A DNA stretch of 64,000 nt from Macrostomum lignano. Its lineage: Eukaryota. The position numbers were made by a program, and so were the translations under genes. Below are positions 11,419 to 22,133 of this stretch, piece by piece. The stretch covers positions 124,001 through 188,000 of the forward strand of contig NIVC01001374.1 in the NCBI GenBank assembly GCA_002269645.1, read 5' to 3'. Each line of letters begins with the position of its first letter. The stretch's first letter is position 1. The notes below the pieces were generated by a model. The model was not told the origin of the DNA. It worked only from the letters and a program-made list of their open reading frames with translations, and ran no database searches.

Positions 11419-13973
11419 ATGTTAAATGGAGATGAAAATGTAATTTCAAAACTATTTCAATGTAGTATATGTCTTCATACACACAAGGATTTATTTAAGC
11501 TTATAATTCATATAAAACTATACCATTCTTTTGGGAATAGCAATTTTTTATGTCCAGTTAGGGGATGTTACCATATTAGTGTTACAATTGAAGGATTACA
11601 AGCACATGCCTATCGTATGCACAAAAACAGTGTTGTTGATAATTTTTCCCAAGACCAAGTTCTACAGCCAAATTGTGTTCATAATAACCCTACTCTAGAC
11701 TTATTAGGAAACCCTTTAGAAAATGAATTGCAAGCTGTGCCTATAGATATAGCCATATTATCTACTATTTGTAACCAAGTTGAAAATGAAAAAAAAGACC
11801 CTGAATTTGAAATGTCTAGTGATTTTTTATGTGAAAATACAAGAAAACATCTTGCTGAAAATTTTGTTTACTTTTATCTAAAGTCTAGACATTTCTTTTT
11901 AATTCCTAAAAGCAAATCTAATCAATTATGTGAACTTGTTAAGGAAATAGTATTGAAGTTTGCTGATGACTATTTTTTGTTATTTGAGCAATTTTTAAAA
12001 GAAGAATGTCCTTCAATAGTTAACAGCTATAATTCTTATAAAAATAAATTAAATTTGCAAGAAATGATTGACCTTTCATTAGAGCATCTATTAAGTAATA
12101 AAAAAATATTTGAAATTTTACAAAACAAGTTTAATTTTGTTGAGCCCATTGAAATCATAGATGAAGAATCAAAATTAAAAATTCTATATATTCCAATAAA
12201 AGAAACACTTAGTTCTATTATAAAAAATGAGACATTGCTTAAGTATATTATTACAAATTCTTATTTAAATGCAACCAACAAAGAAAATTTTTTTTTAAGT
12301 CTACTTATTTTGAAGAACATATTAGTCCATTGTTAACAAATAAGAATGGTATATTCATAAAACTTTATTCAGATGAAATTGAAATATGTAATCCTATTGG
12401 GTCTGCCAAAACAAAACATAAATTATGTGTAGTATACTTTACTATTCTTAATTTCCCTGAATATCTTAGTTCATCTTCAGACTTATATTTTCTTTTAACA
12501 GTATTTAATGATTCAAATGTTAAAAAGAAAGGTTTACAGTTTTGTTTATTTCCATTAATTAGAGAGCTGAATGAGCTTTACTTTGAAGAATTTCAAATAA
12601 GTAATTTGATAAAAATGCCTGTTATTGCTGCTTTCATGACTGGGGATAATTTATCAATACATAGAATGTTAGGTATGCAAACTTGGTTTTCAAGTGGTTA
12701 TATTTGTAGATTTTGTTTTATAGGTTATAAACAGCTTTGTAGCATTAGATTAGAAGAATTAAGTACATTATTCCTATTTGAATATCGAGATAATTCATCA
12801 TATATTGAAGATTTTAAATCCTTAAGTAATGGTTTAATTTCACCATCTGTGTTTAGAAGTGTAGCATATATTAACTTTCAATATTTTTTCCCCCCTGATA
12901 TAATGCATGATGTGTTTGAAGGGTTTTCTCATGTTGTTATATGTATTATTCTATTAAGTATTATTCAAAATCATAATATTAGTATAGACTATATAAACAA
13001 ACAACTAAATTTGATTAAAGAAGTCAGTATTCCTACAATAAATAAATATCACTTACAAAATTATCATCTACCATGTACTTCTAATCAAATAATTGTTATT
13101 CTACAATACTTTGGACTTTTATTTGGACATTTGTTTGAGTTGGATGATGATATTTGGATATTATTTAATTGTCACAGGCAGTTTCTTGACATAATTTTGT
13201 CCCCATATGATAGTAGCATAAACTTAGAATATTTTCAATCTCTTATTTCTGGCCAATTAGAATTAATATATAGAAACACGGGCTTCAATCCTAAATATAA
13301 ATGTAAATTGCATTATATATGTCACTATCCTGAATTTTATCATTATTATAGTGGTCTTAAATACTTATGGTGTATGCGAGGTGAAGCTCATCATCAATTG
13401 CTTAAGAATATAAACAGGCATGCAAGAAATTTCAAAAATCCTGCCTATACATGTGCAAAACAATATCAAATTCGAAAGGCACTTATCATTAAGCACTATG
13501 AACCAGGCACAATTAAGAGCCATAATATAAATCCTATTAGCTTAAATATGCTATTGACAATAGATGAACAAACTGAGTTATGCAACAACATGAATTTAGA
13601 TACAGACTCAATTATTGGCACTATTTGTCTTTCTACTAATGAACTAAAATATCAGGGGTTTGTATATCGGACTCCAACATTAAATTACCGTTATTGTTTG
13701 CCAATTTTAGAACCAACTGGAATTGCTTTAGCATTAATTAGCCATATTATTCAACTTTCCAACAAGTGGATAATTATTTGTAAAAAAGTGAATGCTAAAT
13801 TTTCTTGTCATTATAGCAGTTTTATATGCACTGTGAATAATGACCATTTAGTATTTATTGAACCTACTCAGCACTTTTTTCATCAGCCAATTCCATTTTT
13901 AATGTATCAAGGGAAACTTTTTCTTTCTTTAAAATATTATCCAATGCTACATTGCCAAAACATTGATCAATAA
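11419..13973 (+). CDS. EnSpm/CACTA transposase with N-terminal C2H2-like zinc fingers; split by a -1 frameshift at the T9 run 12288-12296
   Basis: CSIC...H..H and CPVRGC...H...H; LYSDEIEICNPIGS (D1); MTGDNL (D2); CRFC; FPPDIMHDVFEG; WCMRGEAHHQ (E). One extra T joins ORF 11419-12336 to ORF 12330-13973. Confidence 0.88.
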
Positions 13974-14334
13974 TCTACAATCTTAGTGGGTATCATTTTA
14001 GATAAATTTAAGCATATAACAATATGGCATACACTTGCACTTCATAAAATAACAAATTATTACAAGGGCCACCTTGCCTCTAGCACAAGGAACTGTGCTC
14101 TCCACCTTACATAGATTTCTGGCCTATAGGTGTCTAACCTTTTTATGATAGGTCGGCTTGCCCTTCCTTGACTAGGCTAGTTCTATGTAGATGGTGCAGG
14201 TTTTCGAACCATTTCTTGCCTAAAATGGGTTCATCCTCTGTCTAAGCTTGTTGAAGCTTCAGCTTTTAGTATTGAAGAGTGAAGATTGTTCAGAAAAAAG
14301 CAACAAAAAAACAAAAACATCATAAAAACACTAA

Positions 14335-14821
14335 ACATTTTGTTGTCACAGTCATTACTTATGGCTGCAAGGTATGGGGTCCACTGGCCAGGCAATCAAA
14401 AATTAAGGATCTGGATAATATTCAATTGAAATTCTATAAGTCTCTCCTTAAATTCTTAATCTACCAGAGCATACATACAAGCAATAAAGTCATACTCAAT
14501 GAACTCAACATTCTTCCTATTTCTGAAATCATTAAGAAAAGGTACCTCCTTTTCTGGTTAAAACTTATTTAAAGCTAACTCTACTACCACTAGTCTCTTT
14601 AACAACAATGACAATCCAATTGATCCTTGGAAGAAAGCCATCTCACAGCAACTTAAAGGCATTGATCTAATGCAAAAACTTCTACTGTTTAAATTGTATT
14701 GTCCATTATTGACAACTTTTGTTAACACTAAGTTATTCATATCTAATTAAATACACTCTATTAACATAACGGGCACTACTTGCCCAAGCCAATTAACTAC
14801 TACTACTACTACTACTACTAC
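14335..14821 (+). mobile_element. 5'-truncated non-LTR retrotransposon (LINE) 3' fragment with (CTA)n tail
   Basis: ITYGCKVWG...LDNIQLKFYKSLL...SNKVILNELNILPISEIIKKRYLLFWLKL is typical of LINE ORF2 just after the RT domain. The fragment ends in CTA repeats at 14797-14821. Confidence 0.7.
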
Positions 14822-14952
14822 ATTAAGTCAAGCCAAGGACAAAAGCCGAAAAATCATAATGAACAAGAATTCCTTGGCTTTATAAATTCATTTTATCTGT
14901 GTCTTACCAGATGTATTCTGATTGAGGTTGTGCACATCATACCTCATTTCAG

Positions 14953-16671
14953 CTTCGAATCTGCAACGGCTCAGAGGAGCGCAAGAAGCTCCTTCCAGCT
15001 TCTGGCCTGACCTTGGCGGACCTTCGCATCAAAGGTTGTTTAAAATTGGACATTGCAGATGTTGAAAATGTTCGCATTGTCACTTCTGACGGTTTCGAAA
15101 TCGACGACGATGATTTAATATCGGAGGTGGCAAAGGAATGTAGAACTGTGTACTTCCTTCTTTCTGGAGAGTTGCTTCCAAGCTGCGGTGCATGCCCTGT
15201 AGAACCTTCAACTACACCAAAGCAGCAAAGCGAAATACGCAATGTCGAGATTGCCACAACACCGAGTCGAGGCACACAGGCTCTGAGTCCAAATCCAGCT
15301 GTAGCAGCTACGGCTGCAACTACACTTCCATGGCCCGAAGTGTACTCGCTTCCACGAATGGACGATCTCGCCAACGCCCTTCGTGATCTACGAATGCACC
15401 CCGAAAAGGGTTCCGATTTAAAAATGAACGCGACGTTTGTCAACAAGTTCCTTAAATTCATCGTCGATCACATCTGTTTGAACTATCTGTCGCCAAATGA
15501 ACCATACCTGTCATCTAGCCAGATAACAGATGTGTGCACTTCCATAGTAACTTCGTATCCTGGACTGAAGGACACCTCATTAAGTGGGAGCTCAAGCTTT
15601 TGGCGCCAAAAGCTTATTCGGCGTTTCAAAGAGCTCCGGTTCGTTGGCGACTTTGTCGACAAGAGCAGCCCAACGGTTCAGGAGATGCGACGGAAGCATG
15701 GTCGACTTGGTCATCGGCGTATAATTCTACCAAATGCTGCTGCAGCTGCTGCAGGCCCAAGTGCGGTTACTGTGAGCCAAAGGCATAAACGGCAGTACAA
15801 GGAAGTTGAAGGCCAGGAAGATGATGACGACAATGAAATTATAGCTTCACGTGCTAAAAGAGCCAACAAGCAGCGTATCAACGACGACGAAGATCTGATC
15901 GAAGAAGAAGGCGATGATGATAGTGATGCAGACGATGCTGGCAGTGCAATGGCGAAGAGCGTTGACTTCGGCGAGTTCGATACCGATGTACCACCGTCAC
16001 ACGAAGCTCGTCGAACGAGATTGAACGAGACTCATCATGACTCTTCAATATCAGACGTTCTCAACGAAATGCAGGCTCTGTTTCCGATTCGAATATTGCG
16101 GTGCCAAGATTTGACGGTTAGTGACGAAATTGCCTTATATGCGCCACTGGTAAACATCGAAGTACTGCAGCAGGAGGCGTATCTCATGATCCAGACATAC
16201 AACAGAAGCAAAACTGACTATGTACTTCCACCAAGTCCATCGGAAATGAGAAGCAGGATTATTAACGCCTTGTTGCTTGTGTACAGTAAAAGGCAGTTGC
16301 TAAAAAATTTCAAGCTGTGCAAGGATTATGTGGAATTGCCAGTTGTTTCAGAGGAGGACAAGCTGCCTGTGGCTGTCTTTCTTCTTCTCGGTCGGTTGCG
16401 AGTCGACCCGTCTATTATTCTTCGCGACGCACTGCCAGTCAGAATTCTGACAGAGGATGGAAAATGGTGCGGCGTTTTCGTCAACGGTGCGAGCATCCCA
16501 TTCGACAGTGTTACTGACTCGATAATTGCATTTGTAATTGTCTTCATCGCGTTCAACCTCCAGCACCTCCCTGCCCTAGAGGCGTTTCTGGAGGTAATCG
16601 AAGTGCTGTCGGGCCTTCGCAAGAAAGCCGTCCGCAAGGCTGCAGTAGCTATTTTGGATGCACTTCGTTAG
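14953..16671 (+). CDS. CACTA ORF2 accessory protein with N-terminal CIDE-N/PB1-like fold; 5' exon unresolved
   Basis: Open frame from acceptor CATTTCAG|CTT: LRICNGSEERKKLLPASGLTLADLRIKGCLKLDI...IVTSDGFEIDDDDLI. An acidic central tract and a C-terminal ...AFIVFNLQHLP...FLE segment follow, as in animal EnSpm second ORFs. Confidence 0.7.
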   Translation, partial: LRICNGSEERKKLLPASGLTLADLRIKGCLKLDIADVENVRIVTSDGFEIDDDDLISEVAKECRTVYFLLSGELLPSCGACPVEPSTTPKQQSEIRNVEIATTPSRGTQALSPNPAVAATAATTLPWPEVYSLPRMDDLANALRDLRMHPEKGSDLKMNATFVNKFLKFIVDHICLNYLSPNEPYLSSSQITDVCTSIVTSYPGLKDTSLSGSSSFWRQKLIRRFKELRFVGDFVDKSSPTVQEMRRKHGRLGHRRIILPNAAAAAAGPSAVTVSQRHKRQYKEVEGQEDDDDNEIIASRAKRANKQRINDDEDLIEEEGDDDSDADDAGSAMAKSVDFGEFDTDVPPSHEARRTRLNETHHDSSISDVLNEMQALFPIRILRCQDLTVSDEIALYAPLVNIEVLQQEAYLMIQTYNRSKTDYVLPPSPSEMRSRIINALLLVYSKRQLLKNFKLCKDYVELPVVSEEDKLPVAVFLLLGRLRVDPSIILRDALPVRILTEDGKWCGVFVNGASIPFDSVTDSIIAFVIVFIAFNLQHLPALEAFLEVIEVLSGLRKKAVRKAAVAILDALR

Positions 16672-17689
16672 ATGATTTTATAACGCCTAGACATGACTAT
16701 TGTAATCATTTTCATTTTTATAATAATTATATTCATTTTCATGTTAGTACGATTGAATATGACTGTGAATTAATCGTAATCACAAGCCTAATCACAATCA
16801 CAATATTTATTTTCATATTCACAATCATAATCATAGAGTGTTATCTGTCATCAGAGGGTCACGGCGATGTTGGCTGCTTATTTATTGCCCTGTGTATTTA
16901 GTTTGTGCTTTTTAGTCTGTATATTCAACTTCACTCTTTGAGTGACCAAAGCAAACACTTATTCGCAATGTGTAATGTGCAACAAATAATTACTAAATAT
17001 TATTATTACCACTGTTTTTGTACTACAACAATAAATATTTTAGGATCAATCTTTATATACCATAAAAAATACTTTAAATTGGTTAACATCCTTCATAAAC
17101 ATGCAATTGTTGATTACGAATGCTTCACTTCTTACTTTTCTTAAATTGAGCAATGACTGACAACATTGTATGCCTCACATAATGTAATTGGGAACAATTT
17201 TACAGGTAAGGAAATTCATAAAATTCATACCTATAATAGTGGGTATTTTGTGTCTTGCAGATCAAGTGAATACATTTTGGGGTGTAATCGTTTTTATATT
17301 TCGGACCCATAATGCGGACATCTGAAAAATATGGACTTTGCAATAGGGACCTTTCAAAATACGGACCTTTCAAAATACGGACCTTGCAATACGGACTTTA
17401 CAATACGGACCCATCAAAATACGGACCTTTCATGGTCCGTTATTTCGACGCTCCGGACCCTCCACAATGGACCTTTCCCGGACCCTTCTTCGGACCTTTA
17501 GGAATTACAGTGCTGTATCGAGGAATATCGATGCGCACTTATTCCAACATTTTCCGTGCGCGCTTTTGCGAAGTGTGCAAAAAAATACACGTGCGCGCTT
17601 ATTCCTGGTACGCTTAATCAGCCCTCCCCATCCTAACACATCAAGAATTCCACTGCGAGATCGATCATCGCTACCTGGGTTCGAGAAGT

Positions 17690-17915
17690 GGAAGAAGGCA
17701 TGTAAAGATGGATGCCGAAATAAAAGACCTAGTCTCCCAAATCGTCACCGCGAAGCCATTCGTAACTCTCGTTTGAAGTCAAGGAGCTTCTACAGCAGAG
17801 AATGCCCGGAAAGCCGCCTGTGTCTATCCTTATACCATTGCCAGAGTGCTGGAAGGACAGCTCATCACCTGAAAAGTTGCAGGCAAGGATGCCAAACCTG
17901 CCGTGGCGCGTCAAA
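17690..17915 (+). pseudogene. Possible decayed PAN-module gene relic
   Basis: IRNSRLKSRSFYSR resembles YRNCWLKSGGYSR, and CAAGGATGCCAAACCTGCCGTGGC (QGCQTCRG) resembles CAAGGGGTGCCAAACCTGCAGGGGC (KGCQTCRG) of the neighbouring PAN genes. Confidence 0.4.
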
Positions 17916-18689
17916 TAGCTGATGCTGAAAATAATCGCCGGAATGAAGGATTCAGCCTCTGCGACTATAGCTTCTAATACAAGGTATAGGTATTGTATTG
18001 TATTAGAATTGTATTGTATTACAATAGAAAGGATTCTAATAGAAGTAGGCGAAACTGCTTTTTAGACACCATCACCATTCAGAAGTGTCAAAACTGGTGC
18101 GGCCGTCTGCACCACTTCATGCCCGACTCGCTGACAGAGTGACAGGCAGGCCGATCGTCAACGGATAATTAATAATTCATTGAACTTTTTCTGATATTGT
18201 TGGTGTGATTTTACGTTGTGTTATCCAGAAAGTTGAAATTTATGAAAATAAATTGAAAATGATGAAGGAACATGGCTCCTTCATCATTTTATATGCTAGA
18301 CTCGATAATTCTGCTCGACTCGATAGACTCGACAGAAAAATTCTGCGAACCATGATTGTAGGAATCTGAAACTGACTATATGTACCGCGCTATTGACCGG
18401 GAAATGCTATATAAACCCTGGCCTACCCCTGTAACAAAGCGTGTCACTGTTAATAATCGCCTGTTCATATTTTATATGACGTCATTCTTTCTTAATTCAT
18501 TTATGGATTAGGACTTTTAATGTTTCATTAGCGCAAAGTTTCGGCTACTTTGATTGAACCATATGATGATGATCCAACGTGCAAGACAGAGACGCGGCAC
18601 GCTAACACTTGACTTTATAGTTGATATCGCGTGCAACTGCGTGCAACGTGCAACTCCGTGCAACTGCGTGTATTTATACACTATTAGTG

Positions 18690-18697
18690 TATAAATA
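18690..18697 (+). promoter_or_regulatory. TATA box of triple-PAN gene 1
   Basis: TATAAATA about 65 nt upstream of ATG 18756. A poly(A) signal AATAAA lies at 19679. Confidence 0.6.
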
Positions 18698-18755
18698 CGG
18701 CCTTCAAATTGCCCTTCAAGCCAATAACTCCTTAACTCAATCAAGCCTACTCAAG

Positions 18756-19595
18756 ATGAACAACAGCTCAACTCAAAGCAAGCGTCGGTCGTTGAGGTTT
18801 CTCCTACCGAAATCGGTAGCAGTGCTCTTGGCCGCTCTGTCCCTGCTCAGCCCATTCGCTTCGGCCTCTTCCTGCAGGGCCGCTGATGTCGAGTTCAAAG
18901 GCGAGGAGTTGCCTTTCGGAAGACTGATGGCTGGCAGTGCTGCGGAGTGCCAGCTCAAATGCCGGTCAATCAGCCGCTGCAAGTTCTACACTTTTACACC
19001 TGACAAAGAGCGGTCGAGTTGGAGTTTGTGCTCGATCAGGTCCGGCGACTACACGGCTACTTACAAGAAGAATTCGATCTCGGGACTACCGAATTGTCCT
19101 GGCACCTGCATTGAGGCTGGCGTGGACTACTACGGCTCTGACCTGCCGGACGGTCTCGTGAAGGACGTGCCCAGTTCTGACGTCTGCCAGAAGCTGTGCC
19201 AGCAGCGGAGCGACTGCGAATTCTTTGCTTACGCCACACAAAGCGACTCGAACTGCCGGCGCTGCTACCGCAACTGCTGGCTGAAGTCTGGCGGCTACAG
19301 CCGCACTGAGAACAGAAACCGGATCTCTGGACCAGCCCGCTGCAAGGACTGCGTTGAGACTGGCGTGGACTACTATGGCTCTGACTTGCCCGACGGTCTC
19401 GTGAAGGACATCGCCAGCGCCAAGGACTGCCAGTCGCTGTGCGCCAATCGCAAGGACTGCGAGTTCTTCGCCTGGGCTCCCGACAATGACAAGGGGTGCC
19501 AAACCTGCAGGGGCAACTGCTGGCTGAAGTCTGGCAACTACCGACGGGTCGTCAATTCCAACAGAGTCTCCGGGCCCGCCGTTTGCAACTTTTGA
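18756..19595 (+). CDS. Secreted intronless triple PAN/apple-domain protein (279 aa), copy 1
   Basis: Hydrophobic signal (AVLLAALSLLSPFASA), then three modules of the form C..G.DY/F.G.(D/E)L...C...C.....C.FF......C.(L/I)(K/R)S......SG...C. Confidence 0.88.
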   Translation: MNNSSTQSKRRSLRFLLPKSVAVLLAALSLLSPFASASSCRAADVEFKGEELPFGRLMAGSAAECQLKCRSISRCKFYTFTPDKERSSWSLCSIRSGDYTATYKKNSISGLPNCPGTCIEAGVDYYGSDLPDGLVKDVPSSDVCQKLCQQRSDCEFFAYATQSDSNCRRCYRNCWLKSGGYSRTENRNRISGPARCKDCVETGVDYYGSDLPDGLVKDIASAKDCQSLCANRKDCEFFAWAPDNDKGCQTCRGNCWLKSGNYRRVVNSNRVSGPAVCNF

Positions 19596-21003
19596 CCTTT
19601 TGACCTGAGACTGCGAGTTTTAGCTGCCGGTCACTTGGGCCTCAAACTATTCCGCACTGTTTTAGCTGTCTTGAATTAAATAAACTGTTTTAAGCTTTAA
19701 ATCGTTCATTAAATAAACACAAATCGCTCCCTCTGCGCTTGTTGGTCGATATTCGCAACCGTCTGGATACGGACATTTAAGCAACTGTGCATTTATGCTG
19801 ATTCAATTATCTATAAGGATAGTTATAGTTATTACGACAGGACTTGTTGGAGAAGATTTCAGAACCTAGCCGAAGTGTTCGATCTTCATCAAACGTCGAA
19901 CGGATCAAACGTCATGTAACAAATATTCGTATCTTCTTATTATAAGGGCGCCGTTTCCGATCCAAGTATCCAAGTATTTCCAACACTACCAAATATACTC
20001 GGCAACAGTCAAAAGTTGCACCAGAAGAAATCACGCGTAGTTAATTGGAAAACTTTTAATTTCAAATTCACAGCAAATAAAATTTGAATAACAATACCTT
20101 TTGATTGTTGGGTGGAGCTTTTGACTATTTTGTATAGTTAAAATACAAATATTTATGAATATCGATAGAGCAATAAGAAAGGCACAACATATCAAAAGAT
20201 GAACACTGGATCTGCCTCCTATCAAAAGCAATAACAATTTTTGTGCTGAAAAAATGAAAAACCTCCTATCTCTGTAGTGCATTTTTCGGCGAAAAGTTGC
20301 CTTCGAAACATTTACCATTAGATTTCGAGTGCAGCGTCCTATATAGATTGAGTAGTCTTTGATTGAAGAATGAAGTGAGGGGCGGTGTGCGAGGGTTGGA
20401 CAGATTAAGGCTACCCCGATCAGTTTTCTCGTATATTTTATTTCAGAACAGAAATTGCTTCACTGGCGCATAGAGAGGCGACTTTTCAATGTTGCTGAGT
20501 ACATTTTGCTGTCCCTTTGTTCAGTTAGTTTGATAGGTTATTTTTTAGAGCGCAAAAAATTGGACAAACTTGAAGGCATGGAAGACGTACGAAGAAAATA
20601 TTGTAACTGGATAAAAAACCAGAAATATCTTGCTACTGATCAAAAGATCCCCGGATTTCCATTGTGCGCTCTTGGCCGAGCAATTTGTTCTCTAATGTAG
20701 AAACTGGTTCTGCCTGCGTTTCTATGATTGCATAGAAGTCTATATAACTAATCCTGAAAATCTAGATCTAAATCTCTATTTCTGATTCTAATGATAAAAG
20801 GTGCATCAATTTGCCTGCAAAGTTAGTCTAATAGTCTTCAGTTTCTTCCTCAAATTTTTACCATTGTTAGACAAATTTTCGCTATTCTCTGTTGTATGCA
20901 CGTGTCTATTAGCTACAGCTGCAGTTTTACTTGTATGAATTGCATCTATTATATAGCTAATTAATTTAATAAAATAAAAAAATAAATTTATAATAATAAC
21001 CGC

Positions 21004-21610
21004 GGTAGGCATGAGCATCTGGTGGGATGAGAATCTGGTGGGATGAGCATTTGGTGGACATGAGCATCCGGTGCGTGGACATGAGCATCCGTTGGACATG
21101 AGCATCCGGTGGACATGAGTATCTGGTGGACATGAGCATCCGTTGGACATGAGCATCCGGTGCGTGGACATGAGCATCCGTTGGACATGAGCATCCGGTG
21201 CGTGGACATGAGCATCCGTTGGACATGAGCATCCGGTGGACATGAGTATCTGGTGGACATGAGCATCCGGTGGACATGAGTATCTGGTGGACATGAGCAT
21301 CCGGTGGACATGAGTATCTGGTGGACATGAGCATCCGGTGGACATGAGTATCTGGTGGACATGAGCATCCGGTGGACATGAGCATCCGGTGGACATGAGC
21401 ATCTGGTGGACATGAGCATCCGGTGGACATGAGCATCTGGTGGACATGAGCATCCGGTGGACATGAGCATCCGGTGGGCATGAGCATCTGGTGGGATGAA
21501 CATCCGGTGGACATGAGCATCCGGTGGACATGAGCATCCGGTGGGCATGAGCATCCGGTGGGCATGAGCATCTGGTGGACATGAGCATCCGGTGGGATGA
21601 GCATCCGATG
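21004..21610. repeat. 17-bp minisatellite (CCGGTGGACATGAGCAT)
   Basis: Tandem array between the two PAN genes. Confidence 0.95.
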
Positions 21611-22068
21611 AGCCAGCATCAAATTCACGACCTTCTTCATCAGGTATGACGTTAAGCAAACACGCTGACTTCTCACCCATAAATAACCAGGTGGATATAA
21701 AAGTTGCTCAATGACTATACACCACATGACGCGTGGCCCTAAAACATATATTAGCTACGAGTATACTAGAGAATAGGCGAGGAGCTAGCTTATTCCCAGA
21801 CAGCGCTTTCAAAATGAGCCAACGTACATATGCATTCCTACGGGCTTAAGCAGCCTTTTCACGTAGATTTACTCCAGGTGCAAGAGAAAATGAAAGTTAT
21901 CATCACACGCAGCTTGAGGCAGCTAGCAATAACAATAATTAATTGGCTGTTTAGGCTGGTCATTTTCTGACCAATCAGCGCTCAGCAAGGCAGGTTGCTC
22001 TAACTATGTAATAAATTATATAATTCAATGCACGCTGCTTGTACGTGTAACTATATGCCGAGTGGCAC

Positions 22069-22076
22069 TATAAATA
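22069..22076 (+). promoter_or_regulatory. TATA box of triple-PAN gene 2
   Basis: TATAAATA about 65 nt upstream of ATG 22134. Confidence 0.6.
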
Positions 22077-22133
22077 CAGAGCTGGAAATATTCAAACAGC
22101 TTGCAAGATCACCCAGTTAAAGATAGTCAAAAT

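Larger units (their letters stand above)
10902..17512 (+). mobile_element. Full-length CACTA/EnSpm (CMC) DNA transposon, 6611 bp
   Basis: CT|CACTGTAA...TTACAGTG|CT gives CACTG termini with a 2-bp TSD. Subterminal AGGTCCG/CGGACCT repeats are inverted at the two ends, and two large internal ORFs are present. Confidence 0.92.
9003..17599 (+). mobile_element. Internally deleted MULE (Mutator-like) element, interrupted by a CACTA insertion
   Basis: Subterminal arrays of (GAAT/AA)AAGCGCGCA at 9003-9180, inverted TGCGCGCTT at 10887-10900 and 17530-17599, and a MULE transposase relic between them. No TSD found, so the ends are approximate. Confidence 0.6.
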
